Source: Minisyncoccia bacterium
GTDB lineage: Bacteria; Patescibacteriota; Minisyncoccia; Phycocordibacterales; UBA918
Assembly: GCA_041742075.1 (NCBI GenBank)
Contig: JBGSJJ010000015.1
Span: 1,132-65,131, forward strand
Direction: 5' to 3'
Length of the DNA: 64,000 nt
Shown here one piece after another: positions 1-9,158 of this stretch (the stretch's first letter is position 1; every line of letters starts with the position of its first letter). Position numbers and translations under genes: made by a program. Below the pieces are notes generated by a model, which did no database searches, was not told the origin of the DNA, and saw only the letters and a program-made list of their open reading frames with translations.

Positions 1-2808
1 CCAACCGCCTCTCCAATATCGACGAGATGGTTAGTTGTCAGGTCTACACCATAACACTGCTGACAGACACCTCGGAGGGTCTTACAGGTCATTGGTGAGC
101 GCACCACAACCGATTCGCACGTTGTACCTTCAATAGCAGTTGCGTCTCGACGACTGATCAAGTGTCCGCGCTTGAAAATAAGGTTACCCTTAGTATCTAC
201 CGCATCTTCGGCTAAGACGCGACCACGAATGGCTTTACTAAAGGCGATTTCAATACCTGAGGCACTGATTCGTCCGATCGTTACACCGTCTTTTGTTTTA
301 CAGTCTGCCTCCGTTACAATCGCGTCTTGCGCGACTACGAAGAGACGACGAGTAAGGTACCCGGCCTTTGCAGTTTGAAGGGCGGTGTCGGCTAGTCCTT
401 TTCGTGAACCGGTTGTTGTCGTGAAGTATTCAATTGGACTCATCCCTTCCTTCATTGAAGAAATTACGGGAAACTCTACCGTCTCACCTCGAGTGTTTAC
501 GATAAGTCCTTTCATACCGGCCATCTGAGCAATCTGTCCGAGTGAACCTCGAGCACCAGACTTCCACATATCGAAGGCTGAGCCTTGTGGGTCGAGCGTA
601 TCCGGGAGGATTTGTTCAAGTTCAGTCTTGGCTTTGTGCCATACTTCAACAATCATACGACGTCGTTCATCTCGTGAGAGAAGACCTTCGGCGAAGTGCT
701 CCGCAATGACTTTCTCTACATCGCGAGCTTTCGCTACAATGGAATCCTTTTCTTTTGGTACAACCACTTCGTCGATACCCCAAGTTGTTCCAGACACAGT
801 CGCGTACTTAAATCCAAATCGCTTGAGTTTGTCTACTACCGCTGGCACCGCATCAACCCCCTGGTCTTCAATCAAGTCCACAATCACGGTGAAGAGGTCT
901 CGCTGGGTCACCAGACTATTTACAAATGGGTGGTCACTTGGCAGAACGCTGTTGAACAGCAATCGTCCAACTGATGTTTCAAATACTTTTCCTTCATACT
1001 GTGCGTATTTCGGGGTATCAGTTGAGAGTACTTTAATCTTGGCTCTAAAGTCTACTACACCATAGTCGTACGCATTGATAGCATCGTTTGGACTAGAGAA
1101 GAATTTACCTTCACCATTTTTTCCTTCTACTATCTTGGTCATCCAAAATGCACCAAGCGCCATATCGAGAAGTTTTTCAGACACGACTGGTTCAGCTGAA
1201 CCCGGCTTCAAAACGTTCTTGTTGGCTGAGATGATCTCTCTCGCTTCCATTTGTGCTTCGTCTGAGAGTGGTACGTGGACCGCCATCTGGTCACCGTCGA
1301 AGTCGGCGTTAAAGGCGCGACACACGAGTGGGTGCACTTGGATAGCGTTACCTTCGATAAGGACCGGACGGAACGCCTGAATACCCTGACGGTGAAGAGT
1401 TGGAGCGCGGTTGAGGAGCACATACTTATGCTTAATCACGTCTTCAAGAATCGCCCACACTTCAGGCACCCCATCTTCAATCAATCGGCCAGCGCCACGG
1501 ATGTTGTAGGCAAGTTCTTGCTTCAAGAGTTGTGCGATAACGAACGGTCGGAAGAGTTCAAGGGCCATGTGCTTTGGCAGACCACACTGGTCAAGCTTAA
1601 GCTCAGGTCCAATCACGATTACTGAACGACCAGAGTAGTCGACTCGTTTTCCGAGTAGGTTCTGACGGAAGTAACCTTGCTTACTCTTAAGGTAATCAGA
1701 GAGTGACTTAAGTGGACGACGCTGCGCTTGACTCATCGCTGAGTACGCACCGTTACCATGTCGGATTGAGTTATCGATAAGCGCATCAACCGCTTCTTGG
1801 AGAATACGCTTTTCGTTACGCAAGATAACGTCTGGTGCCATAATGTCGATAAGCTTCTTCAGACGATTGTTTCGGTTGATAACACGCCTGTAGAGGTCAT
1901 TTAAGTCTGACGAAGCGTGTCGACCTCCTTCAAGCGCTACCATTGGCCGAAGGGCTGGAGGGATAACTGGCACTCGGTTGAGGAACATCCATTCTGGACG
2001 AACCCCTGAGTGAATCAAACCGCGGATGAGATTGAGACGTTTATCAAGCTTTGCTCGTTCTGCAATACCTGCTTTTTCACGCTCACTCTCGAGTCGATCC
2101 TTAAGCACCTTGAGGTCAAGGTTTTTAAAGATTTCGAAAATTGATTCAGCACCGATCTTAGCTTCAAAGAGATTTGAATATTTAACCGAATATTTATGGA
2201 ACGTTGTTTCATCAAGCACCACGCCTGGTTGAACGTTTTCAATTTCATGCTTCATTTCAGTCATGCGCACCTTGAGTGCATCTTTAGCATCTTCGTTTTG
2301 AAGTTCTTTCGTGCGTGACTTAAACTCAGTGTCGAGCTCTCGTAGGAGTCGGGCTCGTTCTTCTTCAGTTACTTTCGTAACAATATATCCAGCAAAGTAG
2401 ATGACTTTTTCAACTGATGCCGCAGTAATACCGAGAATAAGGGCAATTCGACTTGGCACACCACGGAGGAACCAAATGTGCGATACGGGTACACAAAGTT
2501 CAATGTGCCCCATTCGTTCACGTCGTACGATAGCGCGCGTGACTTCTACTCCACACTTCTCACAGACGATACCTTTATAGCGGATACCGCGATACTTCTT
2601 ACAAGAACATTCATAGTCCTCAACTGGTCCAAAGATACGTTCGTCGAAAAGACCGTGCTTTTCAGGGCGCTGGGTTCGGTAGTTGATGGTTTCCGGCTTG
2701 GTGACTTCACCAAATGACCAATCGAGAATACGTTCCGGTGAAGCGAGTTTTAAACTCACTTCCGTGAACTGTGTTGGGATTGCTCGTTTTTGTGTATGTG
2801 GATTCATA
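1..2808 (-). CDS. rpoC: DNA-directed RNA polymerase subunit beta-prime (RpoC), C-terminally truncated by the window edge. Start ATG at 2808-2806. Not in the ORF track because no stop lies inside the window.
   Basis: Manual minus-strand translation from 2808 gives [30 protein letters not shown]...[24 protein letters not shown] (Zn finger) ...[16 protein letters not shown] (catalytic NADFDGD). The frame stays open down to position 1. Confidence 0.9.
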
Positions 2809-2829
2809 TATTACGTAATACCAAGGCTA

Positions 2830-5800
2830 CTAAAAAGTGGTCATGTTATGTTGCTTGCCATCTTCACGAGTGAGGGTAACGTCAAGCGAGAGTCCACGAA
2901 GCTGATTAACGAGTACGTTAAAGGCTGCTGGGGTGTGTGGGTGACTGATTTTTTCACCTCGTACAATTGAGTCGAAAGCGGCGCTTCGTCCAATGATATC
3001 GTCTGACTTAATCGTGAGCATTTCACGGAGTGTATACGCAGCACCATACCCAAGGAGTGCCCACACTTCCATTTCTCCGAAGCGTTGACCTCCCACCTGT
3101 GCCTTACCACCAAGTGGCTGTTGCGTAATGAGTGAGTAGGGTCCAATCGAGCGCATGTGAATCTTGTCTTCCACCATGTGGTGAAGTTTAAGAATATACA
3201 TGTAGCCGACTGCTGTTCGTTGTTCAAACTTTTCACCAGTACGACCATCACGAAGTTGCATCTTGCCGTCAGTGGCAATTCCGGCTGCTGTAAGTTCTGT
3301 CTTGATTTCTTCTTCGGTAGCAGAAGCAAACGGTGGCACGATAGCTTGGTAGCCGAGTGTGTGAGCGGCCATTCCCAAGTGAAGCTCAAGAATCTGTCCG
3401 AGGTTCATACGACTTGGTACGCCAAGTGGTGTCAGGATGACGTCAATTGGTCGACCGTCTTCAGTGTATGGCATATCTTCTTCAGGCAAGATTCGTGAGA
3501 TAACACCCTTGTTACCGTGACGTCCCGCGAGCTTGTCACCCACTGAAACATTTCGGACCTGAGCAATCGTGATATGGATTCGCTTAATCACACCACTCTC
3601 GAGCTGATCACCTTGTTCACGAGAAAAGATTTTTACCCCAATCACGCGTCCACGCTTCCCTGCCTCAAGACGAAGTGACGTGTCTTTTACGTCTTTGGCT
3701 TTCTCACCGAAGATAGAACGAAGGAGTCGTTCTTCTGGAGTAAGTTGTGCTTCACCCTTTGGTGTTACTTTACCAACCAAGATATCTCCCGGACGCACTT
3801 CAGCTCCAATACGGATAATGCCGTTTTCATCGAGGTTGCGAAGCTTCATTTCACTTACGTTTGGGATGTCTGGCGTCGTGACTTCCGGCCCAAGCTTTGT
3901 GTCTCGAACTGATACATCCAATTCTTCAAGGTGAATTGATGAGAACTTACTTTGCTTAACGAGTCGTTCAGAAATAATAATCGCGTCTTCGTAGTTTGCA
4001 CCACTCCAACTCATGAACGCCACCATCGCATTTTGACCGACGGCAATCTGACCTTGGTCAGTTGAAGACACGTCAGCAATAATGTCACCTCGTTTTACGT
4101 TCTGGCCAATTGATACCGACACGCGGTGGTAAAAGGCTGAGAAGTCGTTTGTTCGTTGGAAGGTAGTAAGCGTGTATTCGTGCTTCTTTCCATCCTTACT
4201 CTTAATGACGATATGTCGTGCATCAGCTTCGATTACTTCACCAGCTTCGTGCGCAACAAGCACACGACCAGTGTCCTTGGCTGAAAGTTCTTCAATACCA
4301 GTAGCAACAATCGGTGCCTCAGGGATGAGACACGGCGTTGCCTGCTTCTGCATGTTACTACCCATAAGCGTACGGTTCGCGTCGTCATGGTTCAAAAATG
4401 GAATCATTGAGGTCGCTACAGAGAACGCTTGGTTGGTAGCAATATCCATGAAGTTCACGTCTTTCTTCAAAACCGTGCGTGGCTCTCCATTAATACGCGC
4501 CTCCACCATGTCTGGTACGATTTTGCCGTTTTTGTCTACTTCAACCGCTGCATGAGCAATCGTAAAACCTTCTTCTTCATGAGCGTTTAGGTACACTACC
4601 TCGTCAGTCAAAACACCCTTTTCTACCTTTACGTATGGAGTTTCGATAATACCGAATCGATTGACGCGAGCGTACATCGCGAGGCGAAGAATAAGACCAA
4701 TGTTTGGGCCTTCTGGCGTGTGAATAGGACAGAGACGGCCATAGTGACTTGGGTGTACGTCACGTACTTCAAAGCCAGCTCGTTCACGAGTAAGTCCACC
4801 CGGTCCAAGCGCTGAGAGAGTTCGAAGACCTTCAAGCTCACCAAGCACGTTTTGCTGTGGCATAAACTGTGAAAGTTGGTTGGTAGTGAAGAACTCCTTG
4901 ATAGCCGCCTGGAGTGGGCGGGGGTTGACGATTTGCATTGGGAGAGACGTCTCTGCTTCAATCGTCGACATTCGGTCTTGAATGTTTCGCTTCATGCGAG
5001 TCATACCTACTCGAACACGTTGCTGAATCATTTCACCAAAGTACCGTACACGACGGAACCCGAGGTGGTCGATATCATCAGCCGCTGAGCCCGCGGTGTG
5101 GTTAAGCTTAATGATGTGGCCAACAATTAACTTGAAGTCTTCCAGGGTAATAGTTCGTTCGTCAGTCGCTTTTTTATCGATTGGTCGATGAAAACGTTCA
5201 TTGAAGTGGTGGCGACCAATTTCAGATAGGTCGTATCGTTGTGGTGAAAAGAGTGAGTTGATGAATTCCTTAGCATTTTCTACAGTTGCTAGGTCACCAT
5301 CACGAAGACGCTTGTACATTTCGATGTACGCATCGTTCGTATTCTTCACTGGGTCTTTAAGGAGAGTCGCTTTGATGTAGTCAGGTCCACGCTCAACGTC
5401 CTTGAAGAATTTTTCCATCTCCTTGTCAGTTTCAAGACCAAGAATACGGAGGAGTGACGTAAGAGGAATCTTCTTCTTGCGGTCAATCTTGATATAGAGG
5501 AGTCCATCAGCTTCAGACTCAACTTCCATCCATGCGCCACGAGCAGGAATAAGCTTCGCACCGAAATGCGTCTTACCTTTTACGTCTTGTGAGGTAAAGA
5601 AGATACCGTAACTTCGAGCCAGCTGTGGGACAACGACTCGTTCTACACCGTTAATAATGAAGGTACCGTGTTCAGTCATGACTGGCACGTCAGCCATAAA
5701 GATCTCTTGATCTTTAGCACTATCAAACGTCTTGTTCTTAAGAACAACCGTTGCCCGAAGTGGGGCGTCATAGGTAAGCTTGTTTTCCTTAGCAAAAGCT

Positions 5801-6006
5801 GGCGTGCATTTCGGCGCACCCATTTCGTACTTTTTGAACTCAAGCTCGAACTTCTTTTCCGAGTAGTCGGTAATCGGAGAAAATTCTTTAAATACCTCTT
5901 TTAGACCAGTCTCAACAAACCACTGGTATGAAAGCCGTTGTGGTTCAATAAGGTCTGGTAGGTCAATAAGCGGCTTCTTAGCCAGCTTAAATGTCTTCTT
6001 TGGCAT
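2830..6006 (-). CDS. rpoB: DNA-directed RNA polymerase subunit beta (RpoB). Start taken at MPKKTF; the ORF extends to 6120 with upstream Mets at 6057 and 6120 as alternatives.
   Basis: 1096-aa ORF. KKPLIDLPDLIEPQ N-terminus and the beta subunit fork, flap and clamp motifs are conserved. Lies immediately upstream of rpoC. Confidence 0.93.
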   Translation of the reverse strand: MPKKTFKLAKKPLIDLPDLIEPQRLSYQWFVETGLKEVFKEFSPITDYSEKKFELEFKKYEMGAPKCTPAFAKENKLTYDAPLRATVVLKNKTFDSAKDQEIFMADVPVMTEHGTFIINGVERVVVPQLARSYGIFFTSQDVKGKTHFGAKLIPARGAWMEVESEADGLLYIKIDRKKKIPLTSLLRILGLETDKEMEKFFKDVERGPDYIKATLLKDPVKNTNDAYIEMYKRLRDGDLATVENAKEFINSLFSPQRYDLSEIGRHHFNERFHRPIDKKATDERTITLEDFKLIVGHIIKLNHTAGSAADDIDHLGFRRVRYFGEMIQQRVRVGMTRMKRNIQDRMSTIEAETSLPMQIVNPRPLQAAIKEFFTTNQLSQFMPQQNVLGELEGLRTLSALGPGGLTRERAGFEVRDVHPSHYGRLCPIHTPEGPNIGLILRLAMYARVNRFGIIETPYVKVEKGVLTDEVVYLNAHEEEGFTIAHAAVEVDKNGKIVPDMVEARINGEPRTVLKKDVNFMDIATNQAFSVATSMIPFLNHDDANRTLMGSNMQKQATPCLIPEAPIVATGIEELSAKDTGRVLVAHEAGEVIEADARHIVIKSKDGKKHEYTLTTFQRTNDFSAFYHRVSVSIGQNVKRGDIIADVSSTDQGQIAVGQNAMVAFMSWSGANYEDAIIISERLVKQSKFSSIHLEELDVSVRDTKLGPEVTTPDIPNVSEMKLRNLDENGIIRIGAEVRPGDILVGKVTPKGEAQLTPEERLLRSIFGEKAKDVKDTSLRLEAGKRGRVIGVKIFSREQGDQLESGVIKRIHITIAQVRNVSVGDKLAGRHGNKGVISRILPEEDMPYTEDGRPIDVILTPLGVPSRMNLGQILELHLGMAAHTLGYQAIVPPFASATEEEIKTELTAAGIATDGKMQLRDGRTGEKFEQRTAVGYMYILKLHHMVEDKIHMRSIGPYSLITQQPLGGKAQVGGQRFGEMEVWALLGYGAAYTLREMLTIKSDDIIGRSAAFDSIVRGEKISHPHTPAAFNVLVNQLRGLSLDVTLTREDGKQHNMTTF

Positions 6007-6412
6007 GGCGCCTACAGACGAATATTCGTCGGCCTTAGCAGTCTTATACATCGACATAAGTAAGAATGTTACGCGGTTTGTAAATCGCGATCTGCTTTGT
6101 CGTGCTTCGCAATTTGACACTCACCTTACACACAAAGTAAGGCTCGCACCAAATTCCTCACACTCCGCGCATCTCATCGATTTTCAACCCGCTTCGTTAG
6201 TAATGGAATGGGTTAGCAATGAAAACCGGCACATAAACGCACAAAAAGCACATCACCACTGACGTGTCCTTCTTGAGTATTTATTGTTGCACGATAACTA
6301 ATTGCATTCTGTGTGTTGTGGGGAAACACAGTGCTGTATATACACATTTCCCAGGTGTGCATACATCTACCTCCGCGACTTCACGTATCGTGACTCATCC
6401 GTGGTCGTTGGT

Positions 6413-6447
6413 GCGTTAGTGCCGGAGAGTATACTAGAGACCTTTTG
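6413..6447 (-). promoter_or_regulatory. Candidate sigma70-type promoter (TTGACT-N17-TATACT) for rpoBC, implying a 5' leader of about 400 nt.
   Basis: Minus strand reads ttgactttacaaaaggtctctagtatact. There is no ORF between it and the rpoB start. Confidence 0.35.
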
Positions 6448-6646
6448 TAAAGTCAACTTTTCCACTTGACAACAATACTACCAAGTAAGTGATATTTTCT
6501 GCAATATTCTTGACAAATTGACAAGAAAACACAATGTAATTCAATCTTGAGCGCGCTCCGCCTATTTTCTTGTCTAGACGACAGCGAAAATTCCTCACTC
6601 TCGTTCGTACCAGAGGAAAAGCACCACTAGGTACTTTTCCTCCATA

Positions 6647-6706
6647 CCCCAATTTTCTTATGGTCACCCTCGACAAGCACAGCGGGAACGCTGTGCTTTT
6701 TCTTTT
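6647..6706. repeat. Direct repeat copy 1 (52/52 with 1 mismatch, about 60 nt with looser flanks). A duplicated copy of the trmD 3' end lying just downstream of the mazF stop.
   Basis: ttcttatggtcaccctcgacaagcacagcgggaacgctgtgctttttctttt matches 7358-7409. It contains the hairpin AGCACAGCG-ggaa-CGCTGTGCT. Confidence 0.85.
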
Positions 6707-7040
6707 ATAACCCCAATTGCAGGCGCAACACATTCTCAACTGCTTGTAGATCACTAGCTGAGAGGTCAGCGATACGAGTGCCGAAACGCTGATGACTTAC
6801 GGTTCTAATCTGGTCAGTCATCGCTTTACTCCGCTGACGCTTAACAGTAACTAAACACTCACTTGGGTACACATGAGTGGTATTCGAAGTCAGCGGAACC
6901 ACCTGCACACGATTAAGATGCTTGTTAGCCATGTCATTACTGACTACAATCGCCGGTCGCTTCTTTTTCACTTCACTCCCTCGAGCAGGATTAAGATTGA
7001 CCCACCACACGGAGCCTCTCTTTGGTTTTAGAACCGCCAT
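6705..7040 (-). CDS. mazF: MazF/PemK/Kid-family endoribonuclease toxin (type II TA).
   Basis: 111 aa with VWWVNLNPARGSEVKKKRPAIVVSND...VVPLTS, typical of PemK/MazF. Overlaps the upstream antitoxin by 13 nt. Confidence 0.8.
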   Translation of the reverse strand: MAVLKPKRGSVWWVNLNPARGSEVKKKRPAIVVSNDMANKHLNRVQVVPLTSNTTHVYPSECLVTVKRQRSKAMTDQIRTVSHQRFGTRIADLSASDLQAVENVLRLQLGL

Positions 7041-7279
7041 ACATTTTCTGCTTCAAGCGTCTCATCAGTTCCATGTAGCCACTCACCCGCTTCGGCCTCA
7101 CGTGCGCTATCTTTAGCCATAGCTTTATACCCAGCTTCTATATCATCAACAATAACGTGCGGTCGAGCTAGTTGACTCAAGTACTCACCAACACCACGCG
7201 CACCGACTCGTGCTCGCAAACCTGCGTACACCTGCTCATCGAGCATTATTGTAATTTTCTTTTTTATGGCTGTTTTCAT
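7028..7279 (-). CDS. Antitoxin, probably leaderless, starting MKTAIKKKITIMLDEQVYAGLRAR (RHH/CopG-like). The ORF track extends it to 7306.
   Basis: Small ORF overlapping the toxin start. Operator palindromes sit immediately 5' of the ATG at 7279. Confidence 0.6.
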   Translation of the reverse strand: MKTAIKKKITIMLDEQVYAGLRARVGARGVGEYLSQLARPHVIVDDIEAGYKAMAKDSAREAEAGEWLHGTDETLEAENVWRF

Positions 7280-7316
7280 AATACGTATTATAATACGTAT
7301 TAGCATTTTGTGTCAA
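7280..7316 (-). promoter_or_regulatory. Promoter and operator of the TA cassette: TTGACA-N18-TATAAT, with two tandem 10-bp palindromes AATACGTATT overlapping the -10. The ATG lies about 7 nt after the -10.
   Basis: Plus strand 7280-7301 reads aatacgtattataatacgtatt (two perfect palindromes). The -35 tgtcaa is at 7311-7316 on plus. Confidence 0.55.
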
Positions 7317-7330
7317 TATACTGTTGTGCG

Positions 7331-8005
7331 CTACTCTTTCGCACGCCAAGCCTCAATCTTCTTATGGTCACCCTCGACGAGCACAGCGGGAACGCTGTGC
7401 TTTTTCTTTTTGTACTCCAGGACCTCAGGACGAGTGTACGTTTCCCCACTCGTTGCGCGTTCATCTTCAAGTGAGTCATGGGTACCAAGCACGCCTGGAA
7501 TATGCCGAACAACCGCGTCGATAATCGTGAGCGCCGGCAGTTCACCACCAGTGAGCACATAATCTCCAACTGAGATCTCTTCCGCCTTCAAAATACTTTT
7601 TACGCGACCATCAATCCCCTCGTAGCGACCTGAGATAAGGACCACGTGGTCGTACTTTTTGGCGTACTCTTTGGCAAGCGCTTGCGTGAATACCTGTCCC
7701 CGAGGCGACATAATCAGTGTCTTAATTTTCTTTGCATCTTTCTTCTTCCCTACTGCTTTCTCCCAAGCTCGCAAAATTGGTTCAGCAATCATCACCATAC
7801 CCGGCCCGCCACCATACGGCCGATCATCAACTTTCTTGTGCTTATCTTTCGTGAAGTCTCTTGGATTGTAGTAACTTACCGCTATTTTTTTTCCTCGCAC
7901 CTTAGCTCCCTTTCCCTTTTCAGTCTTCTGCGCACGACCAAGCACGCTGGCGCTCGTGTAAGCTTCGCAGACTTCTGGAAAAATTGTTATGACGTGAAAA
8001 TGCAT
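7331..8005 (-). CDS. trmD: tRNA (guanine37-N1)-methyltransferase TrmD.
   Basis: MHFHVITIFPE...PYGGGPGMVM...LTGGELPA. Canonical SPOUT TrmD motifs. Confidence 0.93.
   Translation of the reverse strand: MHFHVITIFPEVCEAYTSASVLGRAQKTEKGKGAKVRGKKIAVSYYNPRDFTKDKHKKVDDRPYGGGPGMVMIAEPILRAWEKAVGKKKDAKKIKTLIMSPRGQVFTQALAKEYAKKYDHVVLISGRYEGIDGRVKSILKAEEISVGDYVLTGGELPALTIIDAVVRHIPGVLGTHDSLEDERATSGETYTRPEVLEYKKKKHSVPAVLVEGDHKKIEAWRAKE
7350..7409. repeat. Direct repeat copy 2, lying inside the trmD 3' coding end. It encodes KKKHSVPAVLVEGDHKK.
   Basis: Near-identical to 6647-6706. Confidence 0.85.
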
Positions 8006-8068
8006 AGTAATAATAAAATCCTAGCATGGAAACAGGTAAGTAAGAACTCTTACAGAAACCACCCCAAC

Positions 8069-8106
8069 TAAACCTTTACCTATCATTAATGATAGGTAAA
8101 GGTTTA
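8069..8106. promoter_or_regulatory. 38-bp perfect palindrome taaacctttACCTATCATtaATGATAGGTaaaggttta overlapping the stop codon of the TrpR-like gene. Motif copy A. Either an operator or a bidirectional terminator hairpin.
   Basis: Perfect inverted repeat with 18-bp arms, followed by aaatttttt on plus. Confidence 0.6.
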
Positions 8107-8558
8107 AATTTTTTGAGTACAGCATCTGCCAGATTAAAAAGTAAAAAATGCATTGGGTATTGTTTGCGTAAATGACTGAACGTCAATGATTCTATATGCT
8201 CTTTTTGCTGTCGATTTTGGAGTGACTTTTTTGCTTGTCTATCCTCGACTTCTAATTGGTACGCTTTGAGTGAATCTTCGTAATGTGGCACCTGTCCCTG
8301 TAACCACTTCCGAGTTCGTGAGAAAGTGTTCGGACTTACATTAAAATTGTAGCTTATTTCTGCTTGTGATTTTCCGGCTAAAATGAGCTGTGCAATGAGT
8401 ATGCGTCTTCCGATTGTTATTCGCTCACTTTCAGTCAACAGTTCATTTATAAAGGTAACAACTCCATCCCTACTACTCATACACTCTGCAACAGACATAA
8501 GCGCATCGAGTGTGACCTGTTTCTCACTGTACTTTAATTTATTTATACTTTTACTCAT
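8076..8558 (-). CDS. TrpR-like / YerC-YecD family HTH DNA-binding protein. It occupies the position where rimM normally sits between the KH gene and trmD.
   Basis: 160 aa. LLTESERITIGRRILIAQLILAGKSQAEISYNFNVSPNTFSRTRKWL resembles the TrpR/YerC helix-turn-helix. Confidence 0.5.
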   Translation of the reverse strand: MSKSINKLKYSEKQVTLDALMSVAECMSSRDGVVTFINELLTESERITIGRRILIAQLILAGKSQAEISYNFNVSPNTFSRTRKWLQGQVPHYEDSLKAYQLEVEDRQAKKSLQNRQQKEHIESLTFSHLRKQYPMHFLLFNLADAVLKKFKPLPIINDR

Positions 8559-8572
8559 ATCACTCTATTTTA

Positions 8573-8588
8573 CTATCATCAATGATAG
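8573..8588. promoter_or_regulatory. Palindrome CTATCATcaATGATAG (motif copy B), 15-30 nt upstream of the TrpR-like start codon and overlapping its putative promoter.
   Basis: Shares the 15-nt core tatcatcaatgatag with copy C at 23501-23520. Confidence 0.5.
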
Positions 8589-8603
8589 ATAGAAATAGTA
8601 TGA

Positions 8604-8642
8604 AAATACCCTTCTTCGCTTACAAGCGAAGAAGGGTATTTT
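8604..8642. terminator. Bidirectional rho-independent terminator: 17-bp perfect stem AAAATACCCTTCTTCGC-ttacaa-GCGAAGAAGGGTATTTT.
   Basis: Perfect palindrome with A/T-tract flanks, between the KH gene stop and the TrpR-like gene start. Confidence 0.7.
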
Positions 8643-8659
8643 CAAGTCAGCTAAATAGT

Positions 8660-9013
8660 TTATATCTTCAAATCATCTATCGCCTCGTCGAGGGATTTTG
8701 GACTAACGCTCACCTCTTCAGTTGCTCCTCCGTAAGACTCAGTGGTGTCACTGTGCATAATCCGGCCACCTTCTGGCTCGTTAATCTTAAGGTTCACGCG
8801 GGCGTCGTGCTTCATACCGACGACTCGAAGTAGCGTACGGATCGCTTTCGCGGTATTGCCTGAACGACCAATAATTTTGCCCATATCTTCGGCATGTACG
8901 TCAAGCGTGAGTAACACTCCCATTTCATCAACGGTTCGATTTACTTTTACACTTTCTGGATGGTCCACAAGCGCCGTTACTACTGTTTCTAGAAATTGCT
9001 GATCTTCTTGCAT
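8660..9013 (-). CDS. KH-domain RNA-binding protein (YlqC/KhpA-like, UPF0109).
   Basis: GKIIGRSGNTAKAIRTLLRV KH motif. Conserved position after rpsP. Confidence 0.75.
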   Translation of the reverse strand: MQEDQQFLETVVTALVDHPESVKVNRTVDEMGVLLTLDVHAEDMGKIIGRSGNTAKAIRTLLRVVGMKHDARVNLKINEPEGGRIMHSDTTESYGGATEEVSVSPKSLDEAIDDLKI

Positions 9014-9110
9014 ATGCTTATGTTCGCTCTACTAAATTATGTCTAAGTGCTTAGAACTCATTAATGTTCTTAGCTCGTTATATAGTACGAGGCTCTTTAG
9101 CATACGTCAA

Positions 9111-9143
9111 CCGCCCCAACTTCACAAAGTGAAGTTGGGGCGG
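9111..9143. terminator. Perfect 15-bp palindromic hairpin CCGCCCCAACTTCAC-aaa-GTGAAGTTGGGGCGG downstream of rpsP.
   Basis: Perfect inverted repeat, but with weak T-tracts. Confidence 0.4.
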
Positions 9144-9158
9144 ACTAAAACGATATAG

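Noticed and set aside
172-2717. Multiple plus-strand ORFs of 68-145 aa in the first 2.8 kb.
   Set aside because: They lie antisense to an uninterrupted minus-strand reading frame whose translation is unmistakably RpoC from the start codon at 2808 to position 1. The track omits it because its stop lies outside the window.
6460-6535. Several plus-strand TTGACA hexamers that could be promoters.
   Set aside because: No plus-strand gene or obvious -10 partner lies downstream. They are more plausibly the antisense of UP-element-like AT-rich sequence in the rpoB leader. Antisense transcription cannot be excluded.
6434-7569. Minus-strand ORFs 6434-6754 and 7300-7569 sharing the peptide KRKSTAFPLC.SRVTIR, which could be read as a small gene family.
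   Set aside because: The shared peptide is only the out-of-frame translation of the 52-bp direct repeat. One copy overlaps the real trmD frame and the other lies in noncoding DNA.
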